NCBI GenBank assembly: GCA_029938745.1
Contig: JAOZUJ010000002.1
Coordinates: 1-41,822 of the forward strand
Length of the DNA: 41,822 nucleotides
Direction of reading: 5' to 3'
From: Candidatus Moraniibacteriota bacterium
GTDB lineage: Bacteria; Patescibacteriota; Minisyncoccia; Moranbacterales; GCA-2747515
Position 1 is the first letter of the stretch. Each line of letters opens with the position of its first letter. Shown piece after piece: positions 1 to 9,062 of the stretch. The translations under genes were made by a program, and so were the position numbers. The notes under the pieces were generated by a model. That model did not search any database, was not told where the DNA came from, and worked only from the letters and a program-made list of their open reading frames with translations.

Positions 1-55
1 AACCCGAATCCTCGGTACCACAAACCGATGTTCTAACCGTTGAACTATAGTCGCC
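1..55 (-). tRNA. tRNA-His(GTG), 3' part cut off by the window edge
   Basis: Reverse complement reads G-GCGACTA-TA-GTTCAACGGTTAGAAC-A-TCGGT-TTGTGGT-ACCGA-GGAT-TCGGGTT: D arm, anticodon GTG, start of T arm, and a G-1 typical of tRNA-His. Confidence 0.93.
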
Positions 56-76
56 ACGTAAAAATAAGACTTCTGT

Positions 77-105
77 AGTGTAACAAAATATTATCTTAAA
101 TTCAA
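77..105 (-). promoter_or_regulatory. Putative sigma70 promoter for tRNA-His
   Basis: Minus strand TTGAAT-N17-TACACT about 20 nt upstream of the tRNA. Confidence 0.55.
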
Positions 106-170
106 GTGTTCACATTCACACGCGTATACTTGATAAAGATATACTTTTTTAATGTTTTCTTTTAACATTG

Positions 171-244
171 TACCCCGGGAGGGATTCGAACCCCCGACCA
201 ACGGGATAGAAACCCGCTGCTCTAATCCGCTGAGCTACCGAGGC
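171..244 (-). tRNA. tRNA-Arg(TCT)
   Basis: GCCTCGGTAGCTCAGCGGATTAGAGCAGCGGG-TTTCTAT-CCCGTTGGTCGGGGGTTCGAATCCCTCCCGGGGTA folds as a cloverleaf; CCA is not encoded. Confidence 0.96.
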
Positions 245-251
245 ACTTTTG

Positions 252-324
252 TGCGCCGTGAGGGATTTGAACCCCCGACCGTTTGGTTAAGAGCCAACTG
301 CTCTACCAACTGAGCTAACGGCGC
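252..324 (-). tRNA. tRNA-Lys(CTT)
   Basis: GCGCCGTTAGCTCAGTTGGTAGAGCAGTTGG-CTCTTAA-CCAAACGGTCGGGGGTTCAAATCCCTCACGGCGCA folds as a cloverleaf; CCA is not encoded. Confidence 0.96.
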
Positions 325-336
325 ACGACATAATAA

Positions 337-365
337 AGTATATAGAAAAAATTGCTTTTAGTCAA
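337..365 (-). promoter_or_regulatory. Sigma70 promoter for the tRNA-Lys/Arg pair
   Basis: Minus strand TTGACT-N17-TATACT ending 12 nt before tRNA-Lys. Confidence 0.7.
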
Positions 366-367
366 TA

Positions 368-400
368 TAAAACAACAAGCCCATTTTGCAGACTTGTTGC
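368..400 (-). terminator. Probable intrinsic terminator after the O-antigen-ligase-like gene
   Basis: Minus strand GCAACAAGTC-loop-GGCTTGTTGT followed by T residues, about 30 nt after the stop at 433. Confidence 0.55.
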
Positions 401-432
401 TTTGATTACATAATATTTTTGAGAATAAAATA

Positions 433-3400
433 CTATTCTTCTTCTGGTGGTGCCACTTCTTCTGGTGGTGCCGTCGCTTCTTCATCTTCTTGAACAGCCT
501 CATCAGAGCCTACAACAACCACAATGCCATGATTATATGTTGCCGTTTCCTCATCATCCCGCTCAGATGTCACATTACTAAATTGTGCACGCAGAACTTT
601 TTCGATATTACGCACTTCATTACGATCAGTGTCTCCACTATACATCACAACAACACCTTTGTGTTCCACATCTTCATTACGTGGCTCCGCAACATCATAA
701 CCTCCTTGCTCTAATAATTGCTGTCCTTGTGTGGCCTCTGATTCACTATTTTTACCACTAATCACCAATACAGATACTTTTTGAGCCTCCTCTTCACCAT
801 CCACGTCTTCTGATTCTTTTTCTGCAGTATCCATACCATCATTTACTTCACCCTGCTGACTTGCATCAACATTACTACCGCCTTGCTCCACAGTATCAAT
901 AAGTCCCTGAATATTTTCACGTGCTTTTTCATCTTCTTCTGGTAGCATTGCCAATATTTTTTTGTACTCAGCAACTGCCTCATCTCGCCTACCAGTTCGT
1001 TCATATAAAAGTCCAAGATTCAAATGAGAATTAACTTCTTGATCATTTACACCAATAATCTGCAATAGTAATTCCTCTGCATTTTTATTGTCCTCATCTG
1101 TTCCACGAACCTGCAATAAACGTGCAAGATTAAATCCATAATTAATTTGACGTGAAAGCAACTGTTGTCCAGATAAACTTCCATCATATTGCGCAACTTG
1201 CAATGCTGTTGTCATTGCCTCAATTGCTGCATCAGTGTTACCAAGCGCTTCCTCAGTAATTGCAATATAATAATATGCTGGTGCAAATACGCTCATCTCT
1301 TGCTCACCATAATCAAATGTTGTTTTTTCTTTTGCTGATTCAAATAATGTTTTTGCCTCATTGATAAGTGCTGTCTTTTCTTCTGTTGCATCTTCACCTT
1401 TTGATTGTGCTTCCATTAATTTTAATTTTCCAACTGCAATATCAAGGTATGGATTTTGTGGCTCAAGCTCCCTTGCACGTTCATATGATGCCATTGCCTG
1501 CGTTAGCGCGCCATTGACATACCCTCCACTATTTTCATAGATAAATCCAGCTGTTTCATTTGCCAAAACATCATTTGGCATCAATTCACGTCCAGCTGTT
1601 GCAGCACCTGTTGCACTATTGACAAAGCTTGCAACTTTTTCACTATTTGCATTTTCATTACCCTTTGCCAATTCCATATTTGCCAAGTCCAGTGCATATT
1701 GACTAATAATTGTAAAATATCGCCCCTCTTGTCCATTCAAATTTACTGCTTGCATGAACTTCTCTGATGATTGTTCAAAATTATTTTGCACACGTGCCTT
1801 AAGTGCACTGCCTGCGTGCATATCTGCAACAAACATTTTGCCCAAAGTCACGAATCCGAAAATCACACCAACCGCAACCAAAATAGCGAGAAATGCAAAT
1901 GAAAGTGCATTTTGTGGTGTCGATGACATTGATAATACAAGTTTAGTGTCATCTCCCTCTGGAAGACTTTCACGCAATAAGCCAATCGACATCGCCGCTA
2001 GTAAAACACCATAAAGCACGATCATCCCATCCACTGCCCAGAACATTCCATAGATCATTGCCATAAGCGATGTCAAAAACAATCCCAATGAAATTACTTT
2101 TGATTGATCATCTTCTGAACGTGCAAATGCATGCACAACTGTACTAATATATGTCAAAAAGATAATGAAAAGCGCAATAACTCCTAAAATACCAGTCGTT
2201 GAAATGCTTTCCAATAAAACACCTCGATCGGAATAGAAACGAATATCATACTGACCACTCATATTTAATTCTTTTGGACGATGCAAAGAAAAGTTATATC
2301 CATATGTCCCTGGCCCACTACCAAGTATCGGCTTACTTTTAATCGCATTTTTTGCAACATCCAAAGAAAGACCAAATTTTAATGACGCCTCTGGTTGTAT
2401 GGCTGTACGAGTAAACAACGGTTGTCCATAGATCAAAAATCCGACAAGAAGTAAAAATACAACAATTGAAATTGCAGATGTTTTTTGTGCAACTTTAATG
2501 TATCCACTAATTGAAAATACTAAAATAAGTGCAACCGCAGCCAAAACAACATACCATCGAACATACCCAAATAAAACAGATAGTGCAATTGTATTGAGAA
2601 TTGTAAGAATAAATAATACGCCTGTTAATATCTTTGATTTTATACTTTTACCTTCCTTCGTGTCTAACAGAGAAAGAGAAATAATGAACATCGGCAACAT
2701 CATTGAAAGAAATGCTGCGAGTGATGTAAATGAACCCGTTAAACTTGGTGAGATATATTGCAATATTTCCTGTGGTACAAAACGCATCGTTGTCAAAAAT
2801 GACCATACAACAACGATACCACCACTCGTAACAACTGCCCACCATAACATCATTACTCGTTTTTTTGATACATACGACACAATCAGGTAATATGCCAAAA
2901 TTAGTGCTGTGATGCTCATCAATCCATTGACAGGATTGCCAAAGAAACCAAAGAAACTATGATACTTATCAACAGAGAAAATCGTTGCTAAGAGATATAC
3001 AACCCAAAAAATTCCAAGCGGGATATCAAGTGACGTTCTCCGAATTTCAATTTTACCACCTAAAATTCCGCGTGTTGCCCATGCAATCACTCCAATAAAT
3101 ACCCAAAAATAAAAATAGTATTGCTTTTCAAATGAAATACCCTGATATGTCATATTCAAGAAAAACAACGGCAGTCCAAAAAACAACATAAAAATACACA
3201 CAGTCACAATTTTATCTAAAATTGATACTGTTTTTTCTGATCGTATTGGCGTCGCTTTATTTTTTGGCTTCTTTTGTTGTGGTGGTTGCGCCTGATTATT
3301 TATTTGTCCAGTGCTACTTGTTCTAGTATTTTGTTGTGGTTGCGCCCCCGTGTGATACCTATTATTTGGCATGCCTCCACGCATATTCTGGTTTTGTGGT

Positions 3401-3468
3401 TGTCCAACAGGAACTTGATTTCCTTGTGCTCCTTGTTGTGTCCGTGCATTACGTGTCATTTCATCCAT
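433..3468 (-). CDS. O-antigen ligase (Wzy_C)-like polytopic membrane protein with TPR repeats and a C-terminal LytR_C-like domain
   Basis: Gln-rich N-terminus, about 13 hydrophobic segments, KPILGSGPGTYG motif, TPR-like repeats (YERARELEPQNPY; HLNLGLLYERTGRRDEAVAEYKKIL), and C-terminal VLVISG...IVVVVG pattern. Confidence 0.75.
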   Translation of the reverse strand: MDEMTRNARTQQGAQGNQVPVGQPQNQNMRGGMPNNRYHTGAQPQQNTRTSSTGQINNQAQPPQQKKPKNKATPIRSEKTVSILDKIVTVCIFMLFFGLPLFFLNMTYQGISFEKQYYFYFWVFIGVIAWATRGILGGKIEIRRTSLDIPLGIFWVVYLLATIFSVDKYHSFFGFFGNPVNGLMSITALILAYYLIVSYVSKKRVMMLWWAVVTSGGIVVVWSFLTTMRFVPQEILQYISPSLTGSFTSLAAFLSMMLPMFIISLSLLDTKEGKSIKSKILTGVLFILTILNTIALSVLFGYVRWYVVLAAVALILVFSISGYIKVAQKTSAISIVVFLLLVGFLIYGQPLFTRTAIQPEASLKFGLSLDVAKNAIKSKPILGSGPGTYGYNFSLHRPKELNMSGQYDIRFYSDRGVLLESISTTGILGVIALFIIFLTYISTVVHAFARSEDDQSKVISLGLFLTSLMAMIYGMFWAVDGMIVLYGVLLAAMSIGLLRESLPEGDDTKLVLSMSSTPQNALSFAFLAILVAVGVIFGFVTLGKMFVADMHAGSALKARVQNNFEQSSEKFMQAVNLNGQEGRYFTIISQYALDLANMELAKGNENANSEKVASFVNSATGAATAGRELMPNDVLANETAGFIYENSGGYVNGALTQAMASYERARELEPQNPYLDIAVGKLKLMEAQSKGEDATEEKTALINEAKTLFESAKEKTTFDYGEQEMSVFAPAYYYIAITEEALGNTDAAIEAMTTALQVAQYDGSLSGQQLLSRQINYGFNLARLLQVRGTDEDNKNAEELLLQIIGVNDQEVNSHLNLGLLYERTGRRDEAVAEYKKILAMLPEEDEKARENIQGLIDTVEQGGSNVDASQQGEVNDGMDTAEKESEDVDGEEEAQKVSVLVISGKNSESEATQGQQLLEQGGYDVAEPRNEDVEHKGVVVMYSGDTDRNEVRNIEKVLRAQFSNVTSERDDEETATYNHGIVVVVGSDEAVQEDEEATAPPEEVAPPEEE

Positions 3469-3513
3469 AGTGTATAAATTATATATTTATTCTTACTTAA
3501 TTATTTATATAAT

Positions 3514-3522
3514 ATTATACCA
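3514..3522 (-). promoter_or_regulatory. Extended -10 promoter element
   Basis: Minus strand TGGTATAAT 45 nt upstream of the ATG at 3468. Confidence 0.55.
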
Positions 3523-3550
3523 TAATGATATAATATTCAAATATTTGTAT

Positions 3551-4060
3551 CTAATAGTGTACACCATTACCTACAATAATGCCAAATTTATCTACACCTC
3601 CTGCTGGCAACTCTAAAACTTTATCAACTGATTCTATTGTCCAAACAATTTTTTCTGGTGTTTTATATGACACACGTTCTGAAATATCAACAACCACATC
3701 ATCTCGTATCCAAACAATATCAATATCAAAGTTCATATCCTTCATCCAAAATGTATAGTTATCTGCTGTATCAAAAATAAAAAGCATGCCACATTTTTCA
3801 CACAATGCTTTTTGTCCACTCAGTCCTTGTTGTCGTTGCTCTGTTGTGTCAGCAATAGTAACATAGATAGTTTGTCCATTAATAACAATACTTTTTTGTT
3901 GTTGTCCTGGTATGTTGGCAGTATCAACATCACCATCTTGCTCATTAATAACAGCACTTTTTTGTTTGTACACAACAAAAATCATACTTATAATGACAAC
4001 TATAAATATAATACTGAAATACAAATATTTTTTATGAAAATAATTTTTTCTTCCCGTCAT
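3551..4060 (-). CDS. DUF192 family protein with N-terminal TM helix (start 4060 or 4072)
   Basis: IADTTEQRQQGLS, GMLFIF, FWMKDMNFDIDIVWI and VLELPAG are DUF192 hallmark motifs. Confidence 0.88.
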   Translation of the reverse strand: MTGRKNYFHKKYLYFSIIFIVVIISMIFVVYKQKSAVINEQDGDVDTANIPGQQQKSIVINGQTIYVTIADTTEQRQQGLSGQKALCEKCGMLFIFDTADNYTFWMKDMNFDIDIVWIRDDVVVDISERVSYKTPEKIVWTIESVDKVLELPAGGVDKFGIIVGNGVHY

Positions 4061-5069
4061 ATGACAATGCAATAAAAAATAATACGATCATGCTACAAAA
4101 AATAATAAGTGCAATTACTTTACTTGTTGTTTGTGTTGTCACTGCAATAATTGCACTGAGTATCGTTACGCCATAATATAAAAATAAGATCTGCCACACA
4201 CTCCATCCGCGATCTAATAATCGATGATGGAGATGTTCTTTGTCGCCATGAAAAATTGATTTGCCACTTCGTGCACGGTGCCATACAACCCATAGTGCAT
4301 CTACAAGAGGCACAGAAAGCACAAGAAGTGCGGTACCAATTTTTGCACCAGCAGCAATCGCCATCAGAGAAAGTGCATAACCCATAAAAAAAGCACCACT
4401 TGAACCAGCAAAGATCTTTGCTGGTGGTAAATTGAAAATCAAAAATCCTGCAACACTTCCAACTAAGATAATCGCCATAATAGCAATTGGCGGTTGCATA
4501 ACATGTGGTTGCAAAGAAATAATGAATAATGTCAATGCAGCAATAACAACAACACCTCCTGCAAGACCGTCTATCCCATCACACCAATTAATTGCATTCA
4601 TGATAACGAGCATCCATACAAGCATAAATAACAAACTAAATATCAACATGTTATCATGCACAAGCCACACGACACCACCAAATGGGTTTGTGATAAATTC
4701 TGTTCGCACACCTATGATAAATACAACGAGTATGATCGAAACCTGTGAAAAAATTTGTGTCTGCCAACTAAGTGGCTTAAGATCATCAATAATACCAAAA
4801 AGCAGTATCAGCAATCCTCCAACGATCATCGCCCACACAATATGATCAAAAAAAAGATACTCGTTCCAGAGTAATGACAAAATAAATGCCGTAATAATTG
4901 CAAGTCCTCCAAAACGTGAAATATTTTTTTTATGAATATGCCTCGCACCCACTCTATTATTACGTAGTGGAGCAATACGAAAAAGAAATATAAACAAAAG
5001 ACATAAAACACTCGCCACACCAAATCCGATGAGAAAAGGTTGACCATAAAATAGAATTGATGCGATCAT
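4032..5069 (-). CDS. Undecaprenyl-phosphate GlcNAc-1-phosphate transferase, WecA/TagO-like (MraY/Glycos_transf_4 family)
   Basis: SRFGGLAI, GIIDD, MNAINWCDGIDGLAGG, FNLPPAKIF and the WecA-type GDKEHLHHRL motif; about 11 TM helices. Confidence 0.85.
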   Translation of the reverse strand: MIASILFYGQPFLIGFGVASVLCLLFIFLFRIAPLRNNRVGARHIHKKNISRFGGLAIITAFILSLLWNEYLFFDHIVWAMIVGGLLILLFGIIDDLKPLSWQTQIFSQVSIILVVFIIGVRTEFITNPFGGVVWLVHDNMLIFSLLFMLVWMLVIMNAINWCDGIDGLAGGVVVIAALTLFIISLQPHVMQPPIAIMAIILVGSVAGFLIFNLPPAKIFAGSSGAFFMGYALSLMAIAAGAKIGTALLVLSVPLVDALWVVWHRARSGKSIFHGDKEHLHHRLLDRGWSVWQILFLYYGVTILSAIIAVTTQTTSKVIALIIFCSMIVLFFIALSYDGKKKLFS

Positions 5070-6760
5070 TTCTTGTGTTTAATCGTTTTATCTGTTACCC
5101 AAAATTCTGTAAAATATTTTTTGAATAAAATACGTGTTTGTGAATCAATTGCCGGAGTTGCACCAAGAAATGGTGCAATAATTGGCACAAGCAACCATTG
5201 CAATACCATATGAATATATCTACTACGTGAATACCTCGCTGGACGCTTTGGCAATAAGAACATAGAAAGTGAAATGGAAATTGCCAATCCAGTCATTGCA
5301 AGCAACATTAAAAATCGCGTCACAAAAGGTAAAATATGCGCAACCGTGCTTTGATTGAACTCATCGCCACCAAAAATAAGTGGCAACCAACCAAGAATTG
5401 CAAGAATAAATGGTGCAGTTGCCCATGAATGATGTCCTTCTAACATCTCAAAAGCGTTTTTGAATTTTTCCGTAAATGCAATTTTTTTATCTGGCCAAGT
5501 TGCACGCATGATAATGGGAAAATTTTCTATTCCATACGCCCACCGCCTTTTTTGTTTATATTGGTTTTTGATCGTACCTAAATATGTGTCAGATAAAACA
5601 GCATCCATTGATATTGGTAAATAAATTGGCTTTACAGAATATTCTCCATGATAATAACTGTACCCCTTCCAATAAATAATAGAATCCTCACTGATCATAT
5701 TCACTGGCCAATAATCCACATCGACAAGTGTTTTGAATGGTTCTGAATGTGATGAAAATGTCACCATTTCCTTACGTGTGCTTTGAAACATGTGCCAAAA
5801 TGATGAGCTTGTTACAATTACACGAACAAATGCGTTTGTGTCCCATAAATTATTATGATACAGAGGAATTGGTTGATATGCTCTTTGCAATCGTTGTGGC
5901 TCAATAATATATTCGTATGTAAGTGCAGCAAAATATTGTGGGTGCACAACACTCTCACAATCAAAATTAGAAAATATAACACGCTCATAATCAATGTCAT
6001 GCTCATCAAGATAACTACGCAACTTTTTTGCAGCATATGTTGCGTTTGATGCCTTACACTTCATCTCACCGTCAGCAACTTCATGTGCCGTAACTAAAAA
6101 ATCACGAAATACCCCATCATATTTCTCGGTTAAAAATTTTACCTTCTCTTCTCGTTTTTCTTTGTCCTCTCGTGATTCTGTTGCTAATAATATGATAATC
6201 CTATGATTTGGATAACTGCTCTGTGCAATTGATGCAAGCGCAGGATCAATATTTGCAGCTCCTTCTGTTGCGGTCGGTAACATCACAACATGAATCACAT
6301 CATGCCAATCCATTATGTCTTCTGAATTTAATTGGTGCATTTTTTGCAATAACTTGCTACTCTGGGTAATTTCTTTTTTAAGTATTTTTTTTTCATGATA
6401 TCCCCGCATGTTCCGCAACATGTCTTTCATGTCTACAATATTTTTTGCAATCTCCTGTGCATATTCTTCTGACTCCCCCACCTTTGAACAACGATCCAGC
6501 CAGTTTATTTTTTGACCTCTTTTAAGTTTTTTATATGCTTTTACAGAATAGTATGAAATAAAAACTGTACGATGAATCCAATAAATATCAAAAGCGATAA
6601 TTGCTACAGCAACCCACATCGGTACAAGAAATGAAAAAACAACCATACCAATAAGTGTCGTCCACGTCAAAATCGCAGGAATCACTTCGAGACGTCTATG
6701 CACACGTCGTTCCCGCGGATCTTTTGTTTGTGGATTTGGAAAACTAAATGTATCACTCAT
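5066..6760 (-). CDS. Family 2 glycosyltransferase, processive/membrane-bound type
   Basis: N- and C-terminal TM helices, KASN, FDCE (DxD-like), ISED and QKRRW (QxxRW) motifs. Confidence 0.82.
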   Translation of the reverse strand: MSDTFSFPNPQTKDPRERRVHRRLEVIPAILTWTTLIGMVVFSFLVPMWVAVAIIAFDIYWIHRTVFISYYSVKAYKKLKRGQKINWLDRCSKVGESEEYAQEIAKNIVDMKDMLRNMRGYHEKKILKKEITQSSKLLQKMHQLNSEDIMDWHDVIHVVMLPTATEGAANIDPALASIAQSSYPNHRIIILLATESREDKEKREEKVKFLTEKYDGVFRDFLVTAHEVADGEMKCKASNATYAAKKLRSYLDEHDIDYERVIFSNFDCESVVHPQYFAALTYEYIIEPQRLQRAYQPIPLYHNNLWDTNAFVRVIVTSSSFWHMFQSTRKEMVTFSSHSEPFKTLVDVDYWPVNMISEDSIIYWKGYSYYHGEYSVKPIYLPISMDAVLSDTYLGTIKNQYKQKRRWAYGIENFPIIMRATWPDKKIAFTEKFKNAFEMLEGHHSWATAPFILAILGWLPLIFGGDEFNQSTVAHILPFVTRFLMLLAMTGLAISISLSMFLLPKRPARYSRSRYIHMVLQWLLVPIIAPFLGATPAIDSQTRILFKKYFTEFWVTDKTIKHKK

Positions 6761-7146
6761 AAAGAAAAGTTATTGAGTACAATACTCAGTGCGGCAATCA
6801 GTAATGCGATATTTGCAAATAACGCTCCTAATAAAACAATATATGCCCCAACACGTTCTTTTGCGTTATACAACATATATCCAATGATCACATCAATCAA
6901 GAAAAACATCATACCCATAAACGGCAACAAATATGCTTGCCACCATGGCGCATGTAAACTTGTGCCAAAGAAAACATTGTACTGTAATCGCAATGGTAAA
7001 TCTGATGGGTGTACATAAAATGCAAATAACACAATAACACCAATATTGATAAAAACAATTGCAATCGTAACCCAATGCACGATTGCATTTTTCCAAAATG
7101 TTACATCACTAAACTCTGTATTATATTGTACGTGTTGTTGATTCAT
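6757..7146 (-). CDS. Small 3-TM hypothetical membrane protein
   Basis: 129-aa ORF with three hydrophobic helices and an LQYNVFFG loop, translationally coupled to GT2 by an ATGA overlap. Confidence 0.75.
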   Translation of the reverse strand: MNQQHVQYNTEFSDVTFWKNAIVHWVTIAIVFINIGVIVLFAFYVHPSDLPLRLQYNVFFGTSLHAPWWQAYLLPFMGMMFFLIDVIIGYMLYNAKERVGAYIVLLGALFANIALLIAALSIVLNNFSL

Positions 7147-7149
7147 AAT

Positions 7150-8229
7150 TTATTCCTCTGTCAGAGAGGGTTTATCCACTTGCTCCACTTCAATTTGCCG
7201 ATCTTCCCTTTGGGTAATACGCATTACATCCTTATCGATCTTTCCTAATTCACTATATGCACGATTAAAGTGACTTACTGTTGTTCCAAGTGTTTTACCT
7301 AGTTTGCCTATATATGTCTCAAATGTCAACCAATGTTTGTTTAATTGCTCTACACGTACTTTGATATCTTTTGCGTTTTCTTCAATTTCCAATGCGCGCA
7401 AACCTTGCAAAACAGTTTGCAAATACGCCAAGAATGATGTCGGCGATACAATTACGACTTGTTTGTCTCGAAATGCGTATTCGATCATGTTCACATCTCC
7501 AACTCGATTAACCAATAGATCATAATAAATCGCTTCTGACGGAATGAACATAAACGCAAATTCTGTTGTATTTTCTTCTGGGCGAACATACTTCGATGTT
7601 TCATCAATTCGTTTTTTCAGGTCTTGTCGAAATTCTTTTTGTAATGCAGTAATGTTATCATTTTCTCCAGCATTGATAATTCGTTCATAATTTTCCAACG
7701 AAAATTTTGAATCAATTGGAATCATTTTATCTTTTGCAAAAACAACCGCATCTACAATCTCCCCGTTTGAAAATGCGTATTGCATTTGAAATGTATCTGG
7801 TGGCAAGACATTGGAAAGTACATGCTCCAAAATAAATTCACCCAATACACCGCGTTGTTTTGGATTTCTCAAAATGTCTTGCAGATCTTGTAACTGTTGT
7901 GAAAAATCTACAATTCGTTGATTTGTTTTATCAAGATTGCCTAATTGTTTATTTACATGATCAATCAATCGTTCTGATTTTTGTGAAATCTCATTGATTA
8001 CCTCTCGTGCCTCACGAAATTGATTTTGACCTGATTGATGCATACGTTCAAGATTTTGTTCTACTGACGAACGCATTTTTTCATTTGCATTACCCATGTC
8101 TTGCATTTGTTGAGACACTACACTTAATTTTTCACTCTCATGTTCATCCTTGCTAGAACGCGAAATCATCACAATATTAATAATTGCCAAAACAATGAGA
8201 ACCGTAAGAAATATATAAATAATGAACAT
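7150..8229 (-). CDS. rmuC: DNA recombination protein RmuC
   Basis: N-terminal TM, coiled coil, NPKQRGVLGEFILE, IPIDSKF, FAFMFIPSEAIY and IVSPTS motifs. Confidence 0.93.
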   Translation of the reverse strand: MFIIYIFLTVLIVLAIINIVMISRSSKDEHESEKLSVVSQQMQDMGNANEKMRSSVEQNLERMHQSGQNQFREAREVINEISQKSERLIDHVNKQLGNLDKTNQRIVDFSQQLQDLQDILRNPKQRGVLGEFILEHVLSNVLPPDTFQMQYAFSNGEIVDAVVFAKDKMIPIDSKFSLENYERIINAGENDNITALQKEFRQDLKKRIDETSKYVRPEENTTEFAFMFIPSEAIYYDLLVNRVGDVNMIEYAFRDKQVVIVSPTSFLAYLQTVLQGLRALEIEENAKDIKVRVEQLNKHWLTFETYIGKLGKTLGTTVSHFNRAYSELGKIDKDVMRITQREDRQIEVEQVDKPSLTEE

Positions 8230-8250
8230 GCTTGTTTGTAGATAAATAAG

Positions 8251-8853
8251 TTACTTTTGTAAAGTTAAAATAAAGTTTTGAAGTTTTGGTACTTTATTCA
8301 CAATAATGTCATGTGGCGAACTCAAAACCTCAATCAAGAAACGATCCATCATATCCAATCGATACACCAGCTCATCACTCGTCATTGCCATATATCGCAC
8401 TTCCTTACCAACTTCTATTTCAATTACCTCAATTGCCTTTGCTAATTTTGTACGACTCATATCATCACATACGATCAAAATATCAATTCGTGATTTATCA
8501 TAATTGAGAAATATTCCACTCACAAGAATTAATTTTACATTACCAGCATCATTAATTCTTTTCAATTCTTTACATTGTGGATATGTATTTGCCTTAATGA
8601 AAAGATTACGTAATTCTGCATAATATGGGAAAGTCTCGTTAAGCGTAAAATATTTTTCACCCTTGCGCGTTGTCTGACTGATAAATTCGATACGCAAGAG
8701 CGTATTGATATCAGCACGTATGCGTCTTCCATCCATGTTCATCTTTACTTTCAATTCTTTCATCGTTATTTCTTTTCCTGGATTTAACACAAAAAATCGC
8801 AATAGTCTGGAGCGTGACTTTGAACCAAATAAACTCTCTAAAATTTCCGGCAT
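8251..8853 (-). CDS. Winged-helix protein fused to a degenerate nucleotidyltransferase-like domain
   Basis: LFGSKSRSRLLRFF wHTH start; ILVSGIF...RIDILIVCD resembles the pol-beta/MNT motif. Confidence 0.65.
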   Translation of the reverse strand: MPEILESLFGSKSRSRLLRFFVLNPGKEITMKELKVKMNMDGRRIRADINTLLRIEFISQTTRKGEKYFTLNETFPYYAELRNLFIKANTYPQCKELKRINDAGNVKLILVSGIFLNYDKSRIDILIVCDDMSRTKLAKAIEVIEIEVGKEVRYMAMTSDELVYRLDMMDRFLIEVLSSPHDIIVNKVPKLQNFILTLQK

Positions 8854-8901
8854 AATAATACAAATTCAATAAATTATATACCTCCTCCCTTCATTATCTT
8901 A

Positions 8902-8930
8902 AGTGTACTATCAAACAAAACAAAATTCAA
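8902..8930 (-). promoter_or_regulatory. Sigma70 promoter for the wHTH-rmuC-GT cluster
   Basis: Minus strand TTGAAT-N17-TACACT. Confidence 0.6.
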
Positions 8931-9021
8931 GACCGTGCACATTATTGAAAATATATATACCAAAAAAATTATTTTTATATCACGTTTTTCCTTTATTTTT
9001 GGACAAATTCTTTTACACACT

Positions 9022-9050
9022 TTGCATGAACTGCAAATTCTTTGTATACT
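9022..9050 (+). promoter_or_regulatory. Sigma70 promoter of the divergent PP2C-like gene
   Basis: TTGCAT-N17-TATACT; implies a start at ATG 9063 or 9069 rather than TTG 9042. Confidence 0.65.
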
Positions 9051-9062
9051 GAGAGTATACGA

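Noticed and set aside
1..330. tRNA-anchored genomic island or att site
   Set aside because: No integrase and no duplicated tRNA 3' end seen in the window.
436..475. Short direct repeat TTCTTCTGGTGGTGCC
   Set aside because: It encodes APPEE twice in a low-complexity acidic tail.
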